Source: an uncultured Dehalococcoidia bacterium (GTDB lineage: Bacteria > Chloroflexota > Dehalococcoidia > DSTF01 > JACRBR01). From it: a stretch of DNA of 64,000 bases. The stretch is taken from NCBI GenBank assembly GCA_964371095.1, contig CAYJMJ010000009.1, positions 3,156 to 67,155 of the forward strand. Direction: 5' to 3'. The notes under the pieces were generated by a model. It worked only from the letters and a program-made list of their open reading frames with translations, did not search any database and was not told the origin of the DNA. Numbering within the stretch: the first letter of the stretch is position 1; each line of letters begins with the position of its first letter. Positions 19,285 through 29,953 of this stretch are shown here, in pieces. The position numbers and the translations under genes are program-made.

Positions 19285-19797
19285 ATGAGGATCCTGGCGA
19301 CGTTCGACGGATCGAAGTTCTCCGAGGCGACGCTTCCAACGCTGTCGATCATTGCGGACCTGCCGACGGCGGAATTCACCTTCCTGGGCGTCGCCGATGA
19401 GCCGCAGGGGCGGCGGCAGCACCCGCCGACCGAGCGTCCGGCGGAGGTCATCCCCCAGGCGAACGCGGTGCTCGTCGACCTGCCGGAGCCGAAGTTCGCG
19501 GAGACCAAGGGGCAGGCGGTCGAGCGGCGCCGCGCGCAGCTCAACGACTACCTGCAAGATCTCGCCGGGAGGCTGCCGAAGGGCGCGCGGGTGCAGATCC
19601 AGACAGAGATCTCGGAGCACGCCGCCGACGCGATCGTCGCGGTCGCCGCCCAGCACCATGTCGACGTGATCGTGATGGCCACGCACAGCCGCGGCCCGCT
19701 CGCGCAGGCGCTGCTCGGCTCGACGACGGCGAAGGTCGTGCGCTCCGGCGCGGTGCCCGTGCTGCTCGTGCACCCGAAGGCAGAGCCTGGAACGTAG
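19285..19797 (+). CDS. Universal stress protein (UspA family)
   Basis: MRILATFDGS...IVMATHSRGPLAQALLGSTTAKVVRSGAVPVLLV, the USP ATP-binding C-terminal motif. Confidence 0.85.
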   Translation: MRILATFDGSKFSEATLPTLSIIADLPTAEFTFLGVADEPQGRRQHPPTERPAEVIPQANAVLVDLPEPKFAETKGQAVERRRAQLNDYLQDLAGRLPKGARVQIQTEISEHAADAIVAVAAQHHVDVIVMATHSRGPLAQALLGSTTAKVVRSGAVPVLLVHPKAEPGT

Positions 19798-19842
19798 CGC
19801 CGCGACCCTGGACGGCGCTCGCTGACGCGTTCCCGCCGAACG

Positions 19843-20256
19843 TTACTCCGTCGGCACGAACTCGCGATTGGGCGACGAGAACACGATAATCGTGCGGACG
19901 GGCTCAGCGCACGTGTTGACCAGGTGGTGCGGCGCGCCGCGCGGCACGACGATGACGTCGCCCGGGCCGAGGCGCGCGCTCTGGCCGCCGAGCGTGTGGT
20001 CGATGACGCCCTCGATCACGCAGACGATCTCCTCGCAGTTCGGGTGCGTGTGCTCGACGTTTCCCTGTCCGGGCGCCCAGGTCGCCAGCGCGAGCGTCTG
20101 CTCCGCGCCCGGCGGGTCGCCCTCGCGGACAGCCCACTCGACGCTGCCCCAGGCGGTCGTCTCTGCGTTGGCGCCCACTTCGCGCTTGATCTGCCGCTCG
20201 ATCGGTGGAACGTCCACGGTGGATTCCTTCCCGCCGCATGCACGGTCCGAAGCCAC
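19843..20256 (-). CDS. Cupin-domain protein
   Basis: ...GQGNVEHTHPNCEEIVCVIEGVIDHTLGG...GDVIVVPRGAPHHLVN, the two-His cupin motifs. Confidence 0.7.
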   Translation of the reverse strand: MASDRACGGKESTVDVPPIERQIKREVGANAETTAWGSVEWAVREGDPPGAEQTLALATWAPGQGNVEHTHPNCEEIVCVIEGVIDHTLGGQSARLGPGDVIVVPRGAPHHLVNTCAEPVRTIIVFSSPNREFVPTE

Positions 20257-20336
20257 GCTTGACTCCGTGCTCCATGCTGGCTAGTTGTGAGAGTACCGCA
20301 CTGAACGCCGCATCCTTATCCGAATGGAGGACGAAC

Positions 20337-20540
20337 GTGTCGTCAGACCCCGCCACCATCACCCCACGGGACAACGGCCCCTACCTCGTCAAAGGCGCCG
20401 TGAAAATCGTCGACGCGACCGGCAAGGAATTCCCCGCCGGCGAGACAGTCGCCCTCTGCCGCTGCGGCCATTCCGCCAACAAGCCGTTCTGCGACGGCAC
20501 GCACAAGACCATCGAGTTCAAGGACGAGTCCCGGGCGTAG
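20337..20540 (+). CDS. CDGSH-type iron-sulfur domain protein (about 67 aa)
   Basis: ...PRDNGPYLVKGAVKIVDATGKEF...CRCGHSANKPFCDGTH. GTG start at 20337 preceded by GGAGGA RBS (20326-20331). The tracked ORF start at 20205 is an extension. Confidence 0.75.
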   Translation: MSSDPATITPRDNGPYLVKGAVKIVDATGKEFPAGETVALCRCGHSANKPFCDGTHKTIEFKDESRA

Positions 20541-20570
20541 CCAGCCTCCGATACGATTACGAAGCGCGCC

Positions 20571-22052
20571 TCACCCGCGGCGGAGCATGCGGCCGGCACG
20601 CGCATCGGTCTGGCGGCCCTGGTCGACGGCGACGGCGCCGTTGACGACGACGTACTCGATGCCGGCGGGATACTGCCGGGGCTCGGCGTAGGTCGCCACG
20701 TCCGCGATCGTCTCGGGGTTGAACACGACGAGATCGGCGAAGGCGCCGGGGCGCAGCTCGCCGCGATCCGTGAGCAGGTGCTTGCGCGCCGGGAGCGACG
20801 TCATCTTGCGCACGGCGTCTTCGAGCGTGATGACGCCCTCCTCGCGCACGTAGCGCTGGATGGTGCGCGCCATCGTGCCGTAGAGCCGCGGGTGCGGCTT
20901 GCCCTCCGAAGGCAGGCCGTCGGATCCGATCATGGCGTGCTCGTCGGCGACGACGCGGCGCACGTCCTCCTCGTCCATGATGAACATGATGACGCTCGGC
21001 GAGTTCTCCTCGTCGTGCAGCAGCTTGCGGACCGTGTCGCCGATCGGCATGCCCAGCTCGGCGGCGATGTCGGAGATGTACTTGCCCTCGTACTTCTCGT
21101 GCTCGTACTTGACGCTCGCGATGATCGACGGGATCGCCTCGAACACCTGCTCGCGCCCGATGCGGAACATCGCCGCCAGCGCCGAGGACGACGCCGTGTA
21201 GGGGTACACGTCGACCGTCACGTCGATGCCGCGGGCGCGCGCCTCGGCCAGGAAGCGGAGCGACTGCTTCGTCAGGCCGCGAGCGGTCGGGCCGGCCGAC
21301 TTGTGGTGCGATATCTGCACGGGGCAGCCCGCGGCCTCGCCGATCGTGATCGCCTCGGCGACGGCGGCGAGCACGCCATCCGCCTCGTTGCGAATGTGGC
21401 TGGTGTAGATGCCGCCGTGCTTCGCGACGACCTTCGCCAGCTCGATCAGCTCGGGCGTCTCCGCGTTGCTCCCGGGCAGGTAGACGAGGCCGCTGGACAT
21501 GCCGATGGCGCCGGCCTGCATCCCCTCCTCGACCAGCTCGCGCATACGTTGCAGCTCGCCGTCGCTCGGAGCGCCCTTGTTGAGCCCGACGACGTTGTAG
21601 CGGACGACGCCGTGCGGCACGTACGCCGCGACATTGCACGCGGGGTGCGCCTCGTCGACGGCGGCGAAGAACTGCGCGGTGGTGCTCCACGCCAGGCTCG
21701 ACTCGCCGAGGATGGGCGCGAAGCCGGCGGCGTAGTAGAGGCGAAAGGCGTCGTTCGCCGGGGCGACGCCCGCGCCGCAGTTTCCGGCGACGTCGGTCGT
21801 GACGCCCTGCATGATCTTGAAGTCGACGCGTGGGTCGCGCACGACAGCCGCGTCGTCGTGCGTGTGCACGTCGATGAAGCCGGGCGCCACCGCGAGGCCG
21901 CGCGCATCGATCTCGCGCCGCGCCGTCCCGGACGCCGCGCCGACGATCTCGATGCGGTCGCCTGTGATCGCGACGTCGGCGGACCGGCCCGGCGCGCCAG
22001 TGCCGTCGATCACGTTCCCGTGGCGGATGATCAGGTCGTAGTCGGGCATCAT
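20571..22052 (-). CDS. D-aminoacylase / N-acyl-D-amino-acid deacylase (amidohydrolase superfamily)
   Basis: MMPDYDLIIRHGNVIDGTGAPG...APGFIDVHTHDD... metal-binding HxH start; about 490 aa, typical of D-aminoacylases. Confidence 0.82.
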   Translation of the reverse strand: MMPDYDLIIRHGNVIDGTGAPGRSADVAITGDRIEIVGAASGTARREIDARGLAVAPGFIDVHTHDDAAVVRDPRVDFKIMQGVTTDVAGNCGAGVAPANDAFRLYYAAGFAPILGESSLAWSTTAQFFAAVDEAHPACNVAAYVPHGVVRYNVVGLNKGAPSDGELQRMRELVEEGMQAGAIGMSSGLVYLPGSNAETPELIELAKVVAKHGGIYTSHIRNEADGVLAAVAEAITIGEAAGCPVQISHHKSAGPTARGLTKQSLRFLAEARARGIDVTVDVYPYTASSSALAAMFRIGREQVFEAIPSIIASVKYEHEKYEGKYISDIAAELGMPIGDTVRKLLHDEENSPSVIMFIMDEEDVRRVVADEHAMIGSDGLPSEGKPHPRLYGTMARTIQRYVREEGVITLEDAVRKMTSLPARKHLLTDRGELRPGAFADLVVFNPETIADVATYAEPRQYPAGIEYVVVNGAVAVDQGRQTDARAGRMLRRG

Positions 22053-22053
22053 G

Positions 22054-22689
22054 TCACCTCGATTCGGTCAATGGTGTGCTCGCGGAGACGCAGAGGCATT
22101 CGATCGTGATCTTCGGCTCGTGGAGAAGCTCGCGATCGACGGTCACGCCGGAAAAGCCAGCGGACTCGAAGAGCGCGGCCAGCTCGCCAGGCTGATAGTA
22201 CGAATAATGGGCGACGGCGTCGTCGTCCAGGAACGAGAACGTGGTGTCCTTCTCGCCTTCGCCCGCGAAGAACGTCGCCTCGACCGGCGCACCGGGCCGG
22301 AGCAGATGGCGCAGATCCGCGAGCGTTGCGGCCAGCTCGCTCTTCGTGAGGTGGATCAGCGCGAACGACGAGAACGCCCCGGCGAACGACGCGGCACGGA
22401 ACGGGAGCGCGCGCACGTCGCCGAGCACCAGGTCGCTGTTGACGGCGCGCCGGCGCGCGGCCGCGAGCATGCCCGGCGAGCTATCGATGCCGACGCCGCG
22501 CGCGAAGAGCGCCAGCTCGAACCCGGGTCCGCACGCGAGGTCGAGGATCCGGCCACCGACGCGGGCGGCGAGGCGCTGGGCGCGGGGCCATCCGGGCGAT
22601 CCCGTCCTGGGGCCGTACGCCTCTTCGTACCGCTCGGCAATGATGGCCCACACGTCGCCACTTACTGGCATCTGCACTCTCGTCGCCAC
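22054..22689 (-). CDS. Class I SAM-dependent methyltransferase
   Basis: ...GGRILDLACGPGFEL... motif I and the overall MTase fold. Confidence 0.75.
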   Translation of the reverse strand: MATRVQMPVSGDVWAIIAERYEEAYGPRTGSPGWPRAQRLAARVGGRILDLACGPGFELALFARGVGIDSSPGMLAAARRRAVNSDLVLGDVRALPFRAASFAGAFSSFALIHLTKSELAATLADLRHLLRPGAPVEATFFAGEGEKDTTFSFLDDDAVAHYSYYQPGELAALFESAGFSGVTVDRELLHEPKITIECLCVSASTPLTESR

Positions 22690-22707
22690 TGCGGCGCCGC
22701 GACGCGG

Positions 22708-23802
22708 CTACGGCACGTCGACCGGGCGGCCCTGCTTCGCGGATTCATAGATGGCGTCGACGACCTGGTGCGCGTAGAGCGCAACGTCGAAGTCGAGCCA
22801 GCTCGGGCGGTCCTCGCTCACCGCCTTCAGGAACGTGTAGTCCTCGAGCAGGTACGCCTGACCGAGGTCGTGCGGCATGATCGTCTGGCGGAGGCGCGGA
22901 TCGGTGACGCCGGCGCTTTCGATGAAGCGCGCGATCACTTCCTCGGACGGGATGTCGGTGCGTGCGCCCGCGGTGTTGGTCTCGCAGCGGATCGCGCCGG
23001 CGTAGTCGTCGTCCTCCCAGCTGTACTGCGCGTTCTCGCACGTGACGTTCATGCGGCGGCTGCTGCCGCGGTGCAGCACGTTGTGCCAGATCGACGTGTG
23101 GCTCACGGTGACGCCGCCCTCGAACTCGATGATCGCGCTGCTCAGATCCTCGACGCCCTCGCGCCCGAAGAAGTTGCGCGTCACGCCGTACACGCGGCGC
23201 GCGCGGCCGAAGTACGAGATCAGGATGTCGACGTCGTGGATCGCGTGTTCGAGGAGCGTGCCCGCGCCGACGTAGCGCGCGTCGCCGCGCCAGGTGCTCG
23301 CGTAGTGGCCCTGCACCGGGAAGAACTGGTCGTCGATCATGGTGCACGTCATGGGGCGGCCGGACGCCGGGTCGCGGATCAGGTCGCGCGTGACGCTGAT
23401 CACCGGCGAGAAGCGCATGACCAGGCCGACCTGGTGCGTGACGCCGGCGGCCTTCGCGGCGTCGCGGATGATCGCCGCGTCGTGGGCGTTGAAGGCGAGC
23501 GGCTTCTCGCAGAAGAGCGCCTTGCCGCGCGCCAGCACCTTCGTCGCCAGCTCGACGTGATTGAACGTCGGCGTACAGACGTACACCGTGTTCACATCGG
23601 GTGAGTCGATCAGCTCGTCCGCGTCGGCAGTGGCGAGACGCACGCCGGAGACCTGTGCGTACTGCGCGCGGCGTTCCGCATCGGTCTCGGCGATCGCGAC
23701 GAACTCGCCGTCGATGAGGCCGGACTTGAGGCAGAAGTGGATGGTCTTCCCGTGGGCGGTGCCCATGACGCCGGCGCCGATGACCCCGATTTTCGGACGC
23801 AT
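22708..23802 (-). CDS. Gfo/Idh/MocA-family NAD(P)-dependent oxidoreductase
   Basis: MRPKIGVIGAGVMGTAHGKT...EKPLAFN..., the N-terminal Rossmann fold plus the EKP motif. Confidence 0.85.
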   Translation of the reverse strand: MRPKIGVIGAGVMGTAHGKTIHFCLKSGLIDGEFVAIAETDAERRAQYAQVSGVRLATADADELIDSPDVNTVYVCTPTFNHVELATKVLARGKALFCEKPLAFNAHDAAIIRDAAKAAGVTHQVGLVMRFSPVISVTRDLIRDPASGRPMTCTMIDDQFFPVQGHYASTWRGDARYVGAGTLLEHAIHDVDILISYFGRARRVYGVTRNFFGREGVEDLSSAIIEFEGGVTVSHTSIWHNVLHRGSSRRMNVTCENAQYSWEDDDYAGAIRCETNTAGARTDIPSEEVIARFIESAGVTDPRLRQTIMPHDLGQAYLLEDYTFLKAVSEDRPSWLDFDVALYAHQVVDAIYESAKQGRPVDVP

Positions 23803-23991
23803 GTACGCGCTCCTCTCGCAGCAGCAAGGGTATCGGCAGCGGGTGGAAGAGAACAGAGATCAGGAAGCAGAGAGCAGAGGTGCGGCCGGAACGGCGGCTA
23901 CGGCAAACAACAGACAACGAACAACAGATTGGCCGGGGCTCGGGAGCGTCGCTCGGGATGGTTCAGCCGACGCCCCGGGGAGGATTCCGCG

Positions 23992-24432
23992 TCAGCGGCC
24001 AGCGTGGGCGTGGCGCACGCAGCAGGCCCGCGACAGGTGCTCGCGCAGCGCCGCGGTCAGCCGCTCGAAGAGCACGTTGATGTCGATCTGCTTGAGCAGC
24101 CACTCCTGCGCGCCGGCGTCGCGGGAGCGGCGCCAATCGTCCGCGTCGAAGAACGAAGTGTGTACGACGACGAGCGGGCGGGCCTCCTCTGGCAGGCTGG
24201 CGAGCGCGCTGATCACCGCCGCCCCGGCTTCGTCCTTGCGGCGCGTGTCGACGAGCGCGGCGTCCGGCCGGTGCTCCTGGACCAGGCGGCGCCCCTCGGA
24301 CGGATCGGGCGTGGCGCCGACGACATCGATGCGGCCGTCCGCGCCGAGCCGCCGGACGAGCGCCTCGCGGGCGCCGTCATGGTCGTCGATGAGGACGAGC
24401 TTCAGGCTGGGCTGGGCACATCGATCCTGCAT
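23992..24432 (-). CDS. Stand-alone response-regulator receiver (REC) domain protein
   Basis: LKLVLIDDHDGAREAL...PDAALVDTRRKDEAGA...; phospho-acceptor Asp context; no output domain. Confidence 0.7.
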   Translation of the reverse strand: MQDRCAQPSLKLVLIDDHDGAREALVRRLGADGRIDVVGATPDPSEGRRLVQEHRPDAALVDTRRKDEAGAAVISALASLPEEARPLVVVHTSFFDADDWRRSRDAGAQEWLLKQIDINVLFERLTAALREHLSRACCVRHAHAGR

Positions 24433-24632
24433 ACATGGATGCTATCGCCGGAGGCCGAGAGTTCAGACGGGCCGAACGTCAGGTAAACGGGCGACGGATG
24501 GCCTATGCGAACTACTTGCGCATTCGCCAACTTCCAACCAACACGCCCTCCCATTTGACGCTGTCCACGCCACGACGGATGATTGCTGCGGATTACGGCC
24601 GGTGGTCGCCGGATCAGGAGGAGGAATACCGC

Positions 24633-25574
24633 ATGACGCACGCACCCCGCATCCTCAAGCTCGCGCTCCTGGCGCTGGCGGGGATCGCCCTGCTGGCAGC
24701 CGCCGCCTGTGGCGGCACGAGCAACGCAGACAAGACGGCCACGGCGGGCGCGAAGCCGGCCGGGGGCACGCCAGCGGCCACGAAGGCGGCAGCCACCGCC
24801 GCCGGCGCGAAGGTCGACATCTCCGGCGTGGACGAGTTGAAGGACGGCTCGCTCGACATCGGCTCCGACATCGCCTACGCGCCGATCGAGTTCCTGGACG
24901 AGAAGACGAACGAGCCTGTCGGCCTCGACATCGATATCGCGAACGCGCTGGCGGACGTGCTGGGCGTGAAGGCGAAGTTCAACAACGGCGGCTTCGACGG
25001 ACTGCTCCCGGCGCTCGACGCCAAGCGCTACGACGTGATCATGTCGGCGATGACGGCGAGCGACGAGCGGAAGAAGACGGTGGACTTCGTCGAGTACTTC
25101 AACGCCGGCTCGGGGATCATCGTCGGGAAAGGAAACCCGAAGGCGATCAAGACGGCCGACGACCTGTGCGGCAAGAAGGTGGCGGTACAGGAAGGAACGA
25201 CGCAGGTCGACTTCCTCGTCGGTCCCGCGGACGCACCGGGCGGTCAGGACAAGACGTGCAAGGACGCTGGCAAGGGCGGGATCACGGTGCTGAAGTTCGG
25301 GACGGACCCCGAGGCCGTGCAAGCGCTGGCGGCCGGCCAGGCCGATGCGGAGATGGCCGACTTCCCGGTGGCGGCGTACTCCGCGCAGCAGAGCAAAGGC
25401 GCGCTGGAAATCGTGCCGAACCAGATCGAGCCGGCGCCGTACGGCGTCGCCGTGCGGAAGGCGAGCACGCCGCTGAACGAGGCATTGACCAAGGCGTTCG
25501 CGGAGATCAAGAAGAGCGGCAAGTACGACGAGATCCTGAAGAAGTGGAACCTGGAGGCCGGCAAGCTGCCGTAG
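24633..25574 (+). CDS. Polar amino-acid ABC transporter substrate-binding lipoprotein
   Basis: MTHAPRILKLALLALAGIALLAAAACGG lipobox. Type-II SBP fold motifs. RBS GGAGGAGG at 24617-24624. Confidence 0.85.
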   Translation: MTHAPRILKLALLALAGIALLAAAACGGTSNADKTATAGAKPAGGTPAATKAAATAAGAKVDISGVDELKDGSLDIGSDIAYAPIEFLDEKTNEPVGLDIDIANALADVLGVKAKFNNGGFDGLLPALDAKRYDVIMSAMTASDERKKTVDFVEYFNAGSGIIVGKGNPKAIKTADDLCGKKVAVQEGTTQVDFLVGPADAPGGQDKTCKDAGKGGITVLKFGTDPEAVQALAAGQADAEMADFPVAAYSAQQSKGALEIVPNQIEPAPYGVAVRKASTPLNEALTKAFAEIKKSGKYDEILKKWNLEAGKLP

Positions 25575-25641
25575 CGCCGCCAGCGAAGGATTGGACCGAA
25601 GAGCCCCCGGCGAGCCCGGGGGCTCTTCCCTCACCTGAACC

Positions 25642-26460
25642 ATGCTCGCACACCTGAGTCCGCACCTGCTTTCGTTCGACATCGGCATCGTCCGCGAGTA
25701 CCTGTTCAAGGACATCGTCGTCGAGGCGGCGCGGCGCACGCTCGTGATCTCGGTGCTCGCGCAGGCGTTTGGCGTGCTGCTCGGGATCCTGGCGGCCGTC
25801 GCGCGCAACCTGCGGATTCCGATAGCGTCGTGGGCGGCCAGCATGTACGTCTGGTTCTTCCGTGGCACGCCGCTGCTGCTGCAACTGCTGTTCTGGTTCG
25901 TCGCGGTGCCGCAGCTCGCCCCCGGCGACTTCGACGTCGGGCCGTTCGCGTTCCACCACAGGTGGTTCCTCTTCTCCCCGTTCGAGGCCGCGCTCATCGG
26001 CCTCGCGCTCAACGAGGGCGCGTACATGGCGGAGATCGTCCGCGCGGGCATCGAATCGATCGAGTCGGGCCAGATGGACGCGTCGAAGGCGCTCGGCATG
26101 ACCCGCATCCAGGCCATGCGGCTCATCATCCTGCCGCAGGCGGTGCGCGTGATCGTGCCGCCGACCGGCAACGAGTTCATCTCGATGCTCAAGAACTCGT
26201 CGCTCGCGTCCGTGGTGTCGTATCCGGAACTGCTGTTCGTGGTGCGCGGTCAGTACGCGCGCAACTACAAGACGCTGGAGTTGGTGACGGTCGCGGGCAT
26301 CTGGTACCTGTTCTTCACGTCGGTATTCAGCGTGCTGCAGGCGGAGCTGGAGTCTCGCCTGCGGCCGGAACAGGAGCGAAAGGGTCTGATGGCGATCCTG
26401 GGCCGCGCCATCAACCCGCCGGGCGAGTGGTACGGCGGCACGACGGGAGACCGCCGATGA
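25642..26460 (+). CDS. Amino-acid ABC transporter permease
   Basis: ...[50 protein letters not shown]..., the EAA-loop permease signature. Confidence 0.85.
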   Translation: MLAHLSPHLLSFDIGIVREYLFKDIVVEAARRTLVISVLAQAFGVLLGILAAVARNLRIPIASWAASMYVWFFRGTPLLLQLLFWFVAVPQLAPGDFDVGPFAFHHRWFLFSPFEAALIGLALNEGAYMAEIVRAGIESIESGQMDASKALGMTRIQAMRLIILPQAVRVIVPPTGNEFISMLKNSSLASVVSYPELLFVVRGQYARNYKTLELVTVAGIWYLFFTSVFSVLQAELESRLRPEQERKGLMAILGRAINPPGEWYGGTTGDRR

Positions 26461-27221
26461 ACGACGTCATGGTGCGCATCGAGGACGTGCACAAGCGCTT
26501 CGGCCGCGTCGAAGTGCTGAAGGGCGTCACGTTCGACGTGCAGCGGGGCGAGGTGGTGGTGATCCTGGGGCCGAGCGGCTCCGGCAAGAGCACGCTGCTG
26601 CGCCTGATCAGCCATCTCGACGAGCTGGACCGCGGGCGGATCTTCGTCGACGGGCGGCTCGTGGGATACGAGGAGCGCAGCGGCAAGTTGCGCGCGCTGA
26701 GCGACCGGCAAGCGTCGCTCGCGCGGGCCGACGTGGGAATGGTGTTCCAGCGCTTCAACCTCTTCCCGCACCTCGATGCGCTCGCCAACGCGACGTGCGC
26801 GCCGATCCACGTCAAGCGCCTGGGGAAGGCGGCCGCACGCACGCGGGCGACGGAGCTGCTGCAGCAGGTGGGCCTCGGCGACAAGCTGCACGCGTACCCA
26901 TCGCAGCTTTCCGGCGGCCAGCAGCAGCGCGTCGCGATCGCACGCGCGCTGGCGATGAATCCGAAGGTGATGCTGTTCGACGAGGCGACCTCGGCGCTGG
27001 ACCCGGAGCTGGTGGGCGAGGTACTGGAAGTGATGAAGGCGCTCGCGCGCGGCGGTATGACGATGCTCGTCGTTACGCACGAGATGGGCTTCGCGCGGGA
27101 GGCGGCCGACCGCGTCATGCTGATGGACGGCGGCGTCGTCGTCGAGTCCAACACGCCCGCCGAGTTCTTCGACCACCCGCAGCACGAGCGGACGCGGTCG
27201 TTCCTCTCGAAGATCCTGTAG
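26457..27221 (+). CDS. Amino-acid ABC transporter ATP-binding protein
   Basis: [12 protein letters not shown] (Walker A), [15 protein letters not shown] (signature), [11 protein letters not shown] (Walker B). ATGA overlap with the permease stop. Confidence 0.9.
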   Translation: MNDVMVRIEDVHKRFGRVEVLKGVTFDVQRGEVVVILGPSGSGKSTLLRLISHLDELDRGRIFVDGRLVGYEERSGKLRALSDRQASLARADVGMVFQRFNLFPHLDALANATCAPIHVKRLGKAAARTRATELLQQVGLGDKLHAYPSQLSGGQQQRVAIARALAMNPKVMLFDEATSALDPELVGEVLEVMKALARGGMTMLVVTHEMGFAREAADRVMLMDGGVVVESNTPAEFFDHPQHERTRSFLSKIL

Positions 27222-27358
27222 CAGGCGAGCGCCCGAAGTCTGGCCCGACTGTCGCCCTGAGCGAAGCGAAGGGTCTTTCCCGAGGACGATGCTGACCGGT
27301 GCGGGTGCGGCACTCTGACATACGACGACAGCCGATGACCCGGCGGTGGTCGAAGGTC

Positions 27359-28120
27359 TCAGGCGGTTCCGAGCAGCGAATAGCCGCCATCGATCAACAG
27401 CACCTGCCCGATGATCATCGTCGCCGCAGGCGACGCGAGGAAGGCGACCGCGTCGGCGACGTCTTCCGGGCGGACGTGCCGGCCAGCCGGCACCTTCGCC
27501 TCGTACGCCCCGACAAGCTCGCTGTCCAGCATCCGCACGCCGTCGGTCCCCTCGACGAGCCCCGCGGAGACGCCGTTGACGCGGATGCCGCGCGGCGCGA
27601 GTTCCACCGCCAGGTACTTGGTCAGCGATTCGAGCGCGCCCTTCGACACGCCGACAGGCGCGTACTTCGGGAGGTATCGGTCCGAACCGGGGCTGAGCAT
27701 GTTGATGATGGCGCCGCCGTCCGTCATCAGTGGCACGGCGGCCTGCGCGGCGAACCAGGGACCGAAGACGTTGACGTCCATCGTGTGCTTCAGGTGCTTG
27801 GGGAGCGAGTCGATCGCCGCGCGCGGCCGCTCGAGCCCGCGCGCCGCGCTGTTGACGAGGATGTCGATGCGGCCGAACCGCTCCCCGACCGCCTTCACCA
27901 TGGCGAAGACGTCATCACGGTGGCCGATGTCGCACTGGTAGGCCTCGGCGCGGACGCCGAGCGCGCGCAGCTCCGCCACCGCGGCGTCGGCGTGCTCTTT
28001 GCTGCGGGAGTAGTTGATGGCCACGTCCGCGCCCTCGCCCGCGAACTTGAGCGCAATCGCCCGGCCGATGCCGCGCGTGCCGCCCGTGATGAGCGCCACG
28101 TTGCCTTTGAATCCAGCCAT
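27359..28120 (-). CDS. SDR-family oxidoreductase
   Basis: GNVALITGGTRGIGRAIA...NSAA...YAPVGVSKGALESLTK. Confidence 0.85.
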   Translation of the reverse strand: MAGFKGNVALITGGTRGIGRAIALKFAGEGADVAINYSRSKEHADAAVAELRALGVRAEAYQCDIGHRDDVFAMVKAVGERFGRIDILVNSAARGLERPRAAIDSLPKHLKHTMDVNVFGPWFAAQAAVPLMTDGGAIINMLSPGSDRYLPKYAPVGVSKGALESLTKYLAVELAPRGIRVNGVSAGLVEGTDGVRMLDSELVGAYEAKVPAGRHVRPEDVADAVAFLASPAATMIIGQVLLIDGGYSLLGTA

Positions 28121-28212
28121 GAAGTCGAGTTTCCCGTTCCGGCGGCGCGGGGCCGCATCCGTCCGACGGCCTGACTGTAGCGGACGCGGCGCGTTTCCGC
28201 CTATCCTCGTTC

Positions 28213-28962
28213 ATGGCACTTGAAGGGCGCGCGGCACTGGTTACGGGCGCGGGCGGCGCCGGCATCGGCCGGGCGATCGCCCTGACGCTGGCGCGCGACG
28301 GCGCCGGCGTGGCGCTGAACTACCATCGCAAGCGCGACCGCGCCACGGAGACCGCCGCGGCGATCGAGTCGATGGGGCGGCGCGCGCTGCTCGTCGCCGG
28401 CGATGTCGGCGACGCGGCCTCCGTCGATACGATGCTGCGCGAAGCGGCAGCGCACTTCGGAAAGATCGACATCGTCATCAACAGCGCCGGCGGGCCGTGG
28501 AAGCCCCAGGACGTGACGGAGATTGAGCCCGAACACCTCCGCCGCGTGCTCGCGCTCGAGATCGAGGCCACGTACTACCTGCTGCGCGCGACGCTGCCGG
28601 GGATGCGGGCGCGCGGATGGGGCCGCGTGATCAGCATCGGCGGGCACATGGCCGACGACTGGCGATTCGGCCCGCCCGATGCGCCGCTCGACTACCCGCT
28701 CGGCAAGGCGGCGCGCCACTGGCTGACGCGCACGCTCGCTCCGCGCGAGATCGGCCGCGGCATCACGATCAACGCCATCGCGCCGGGCCCGACGCCGCGC
28801 GTGACGTTCGACGAAGCGATGGCGGCGCTGCGCGGCACGAGAGACGCCGCGACCGGCAACATGCCGCAGGACATTGCCGAGCTGGCCGCGTTCCTCTGCT
28901 CCGATGCGGCGGCGCGCATCACCGGCGCGGTGATCCCCGTGCCGGGCGATCGTGCGGTGTAG
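28213..28962 (+). CDS. SDR-family oxidoreductase
   Basis: GRAALVTGAGGAGIGRAIA...NSAGG...; divergent from the preceding SDR. Confidence 0.85.
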   Translation: MALEGRAALVTGAGGAGIGRAIALTLARDGAGVALNYHRKRDRATETAAAIESMGRRALLVAGDVGDAASVDTMLREAAAHFGKIDIVINSAGGPWKPQDVTEIEPEHLRRVLALEIEATYYLLRATLPGMRARGWGRVISIGGHMADDWRFGPPDAPLDYPLGKAARHWLTRTLAPREIGRGITINAIAPGPTPRVTFDEAMAALRGTRDAATGNMPQDIAELAAFLCSDAAARITGAVIPVPGDRAV

Positions 28963-29069
28963 CTATCAGCCATCAGCTGTCCGCCGGGCAACGTCGGTTA
29001 ACCCTGCGATGGCCGTCGGTCGGGGATCTGTGCTCTGCTCTCTGCTCTCTGTTCTGAGCGCGCTGCGCG

Positions 29070-29833
29070 CTAGAACACGTCCGGCGATTCGTCGATGAAC
29101 TCCCACGGGATGCCGGCGTGGGCGGCGAGGCGCTCGCCGAGCGCGCGGATGCCCGGCGCCTCGGTCGCGTAGTGCGTGCCGAGCAGGAGATTGATGCCGC
29201 ACTCCTTGGCGAACATCCGGGTGAACATGCTGCCCTCGCCGGTGACGTAGGTGTCGCAGCCGAGGCGGCGGGCCGCATCGATGTCCGCGGTGTCGCCGCC
29301 GGCACCTGTGATGATTGCCACGCGGCCGAACGTCTTCGCGTGCTGGTGCGCCTCGACCTGCACGCCGAGTTGTTGCTGCGCACGCGCGATCAGCTCCGCG
29401 AACGAGCCGTCGCAGCGGCCGATGACGCCGGCGTGGCCGCCGTGGTACTCGGAGAACGTGTCGTCGACCGTGACGCCGAGCAGCTCCGCGAGCACCCAGC
29501 CGTTGCCGATGCGCGGCGCGCAATCGAGCGCGGCGTGCGCGCCATAGAGCGACACGTTGGCCGCCTCGAGCGCGGCGAACTTCTCGTCGCGCAGGTGGAG
29601 GTCGATCTCACGCCACGAGGTGTGGTGGACGACGAGCAGGTTGGCGCCGCACCGCGCCGCGCCCAGCAGCGTCGTCAGCGACGTGTTGACCGCGACGGCG
29701 AACTTCGAGACGCCATCGCCGATGGGCGACTGGTAGAGCAGGCCGTTCGACTCCGGCTCGCCGGCGTACCGCGCGACGTCGAGCTGCTCGTCGAGCCAGC
29801 GGCACATGGCGGCGAGGGAGGCATTCGCGTGCA
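29070..29833 (-). CDS. Nif3-family dinuclear metal-centre protein (YqfO/GTP cyclohydrolase I type 2 homologue)
   Basis: ...LLVVHHTSWRE..., ...VAIITGAGGDTADIDAARRLGCDTYVTGEG...THYATE, the Nif3 His/Glu metal ligands. Start taken at MHANAS; the tracked upstream extension runs through an intergenic repeat. Confidence 0.72.
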
Positions 29834-29878
29834 TGTTGGGAGTGTAGTGGATGGCGGCAGCGCGGAGGTTCTCATCGA

Positions 29879-29903
29879 CGCGGGCTGAAAGCCCGCGCCA
29901 CGG
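29879..29903 (+). repeat. 25-nt GNRA-hairpin element copy 2: CGCGGGCTGAAAGCCCGCGCCACGG
   Basis: Stem GCGGGC/GCCCGC with GAAA tetraloop and GCCACGG flank. In the Nif3-DarA spacer, followed by an AGCTGWGAG low-complexity tract. Confidence 0.7.
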
Positions 29904-29953
29904 GGGCTCTTCGGCCGCCGCGCTGATAGCTGTGAGCTGAGAGCTGACAGCTC

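Noticed and set aside
25830-27221. 463-aa plus-strand ORF
   Set aside because: Reads through the permease gene in another frame before entering the ATPase frame. The true ATPase start is ATG 26457, overlapping the permease stop.
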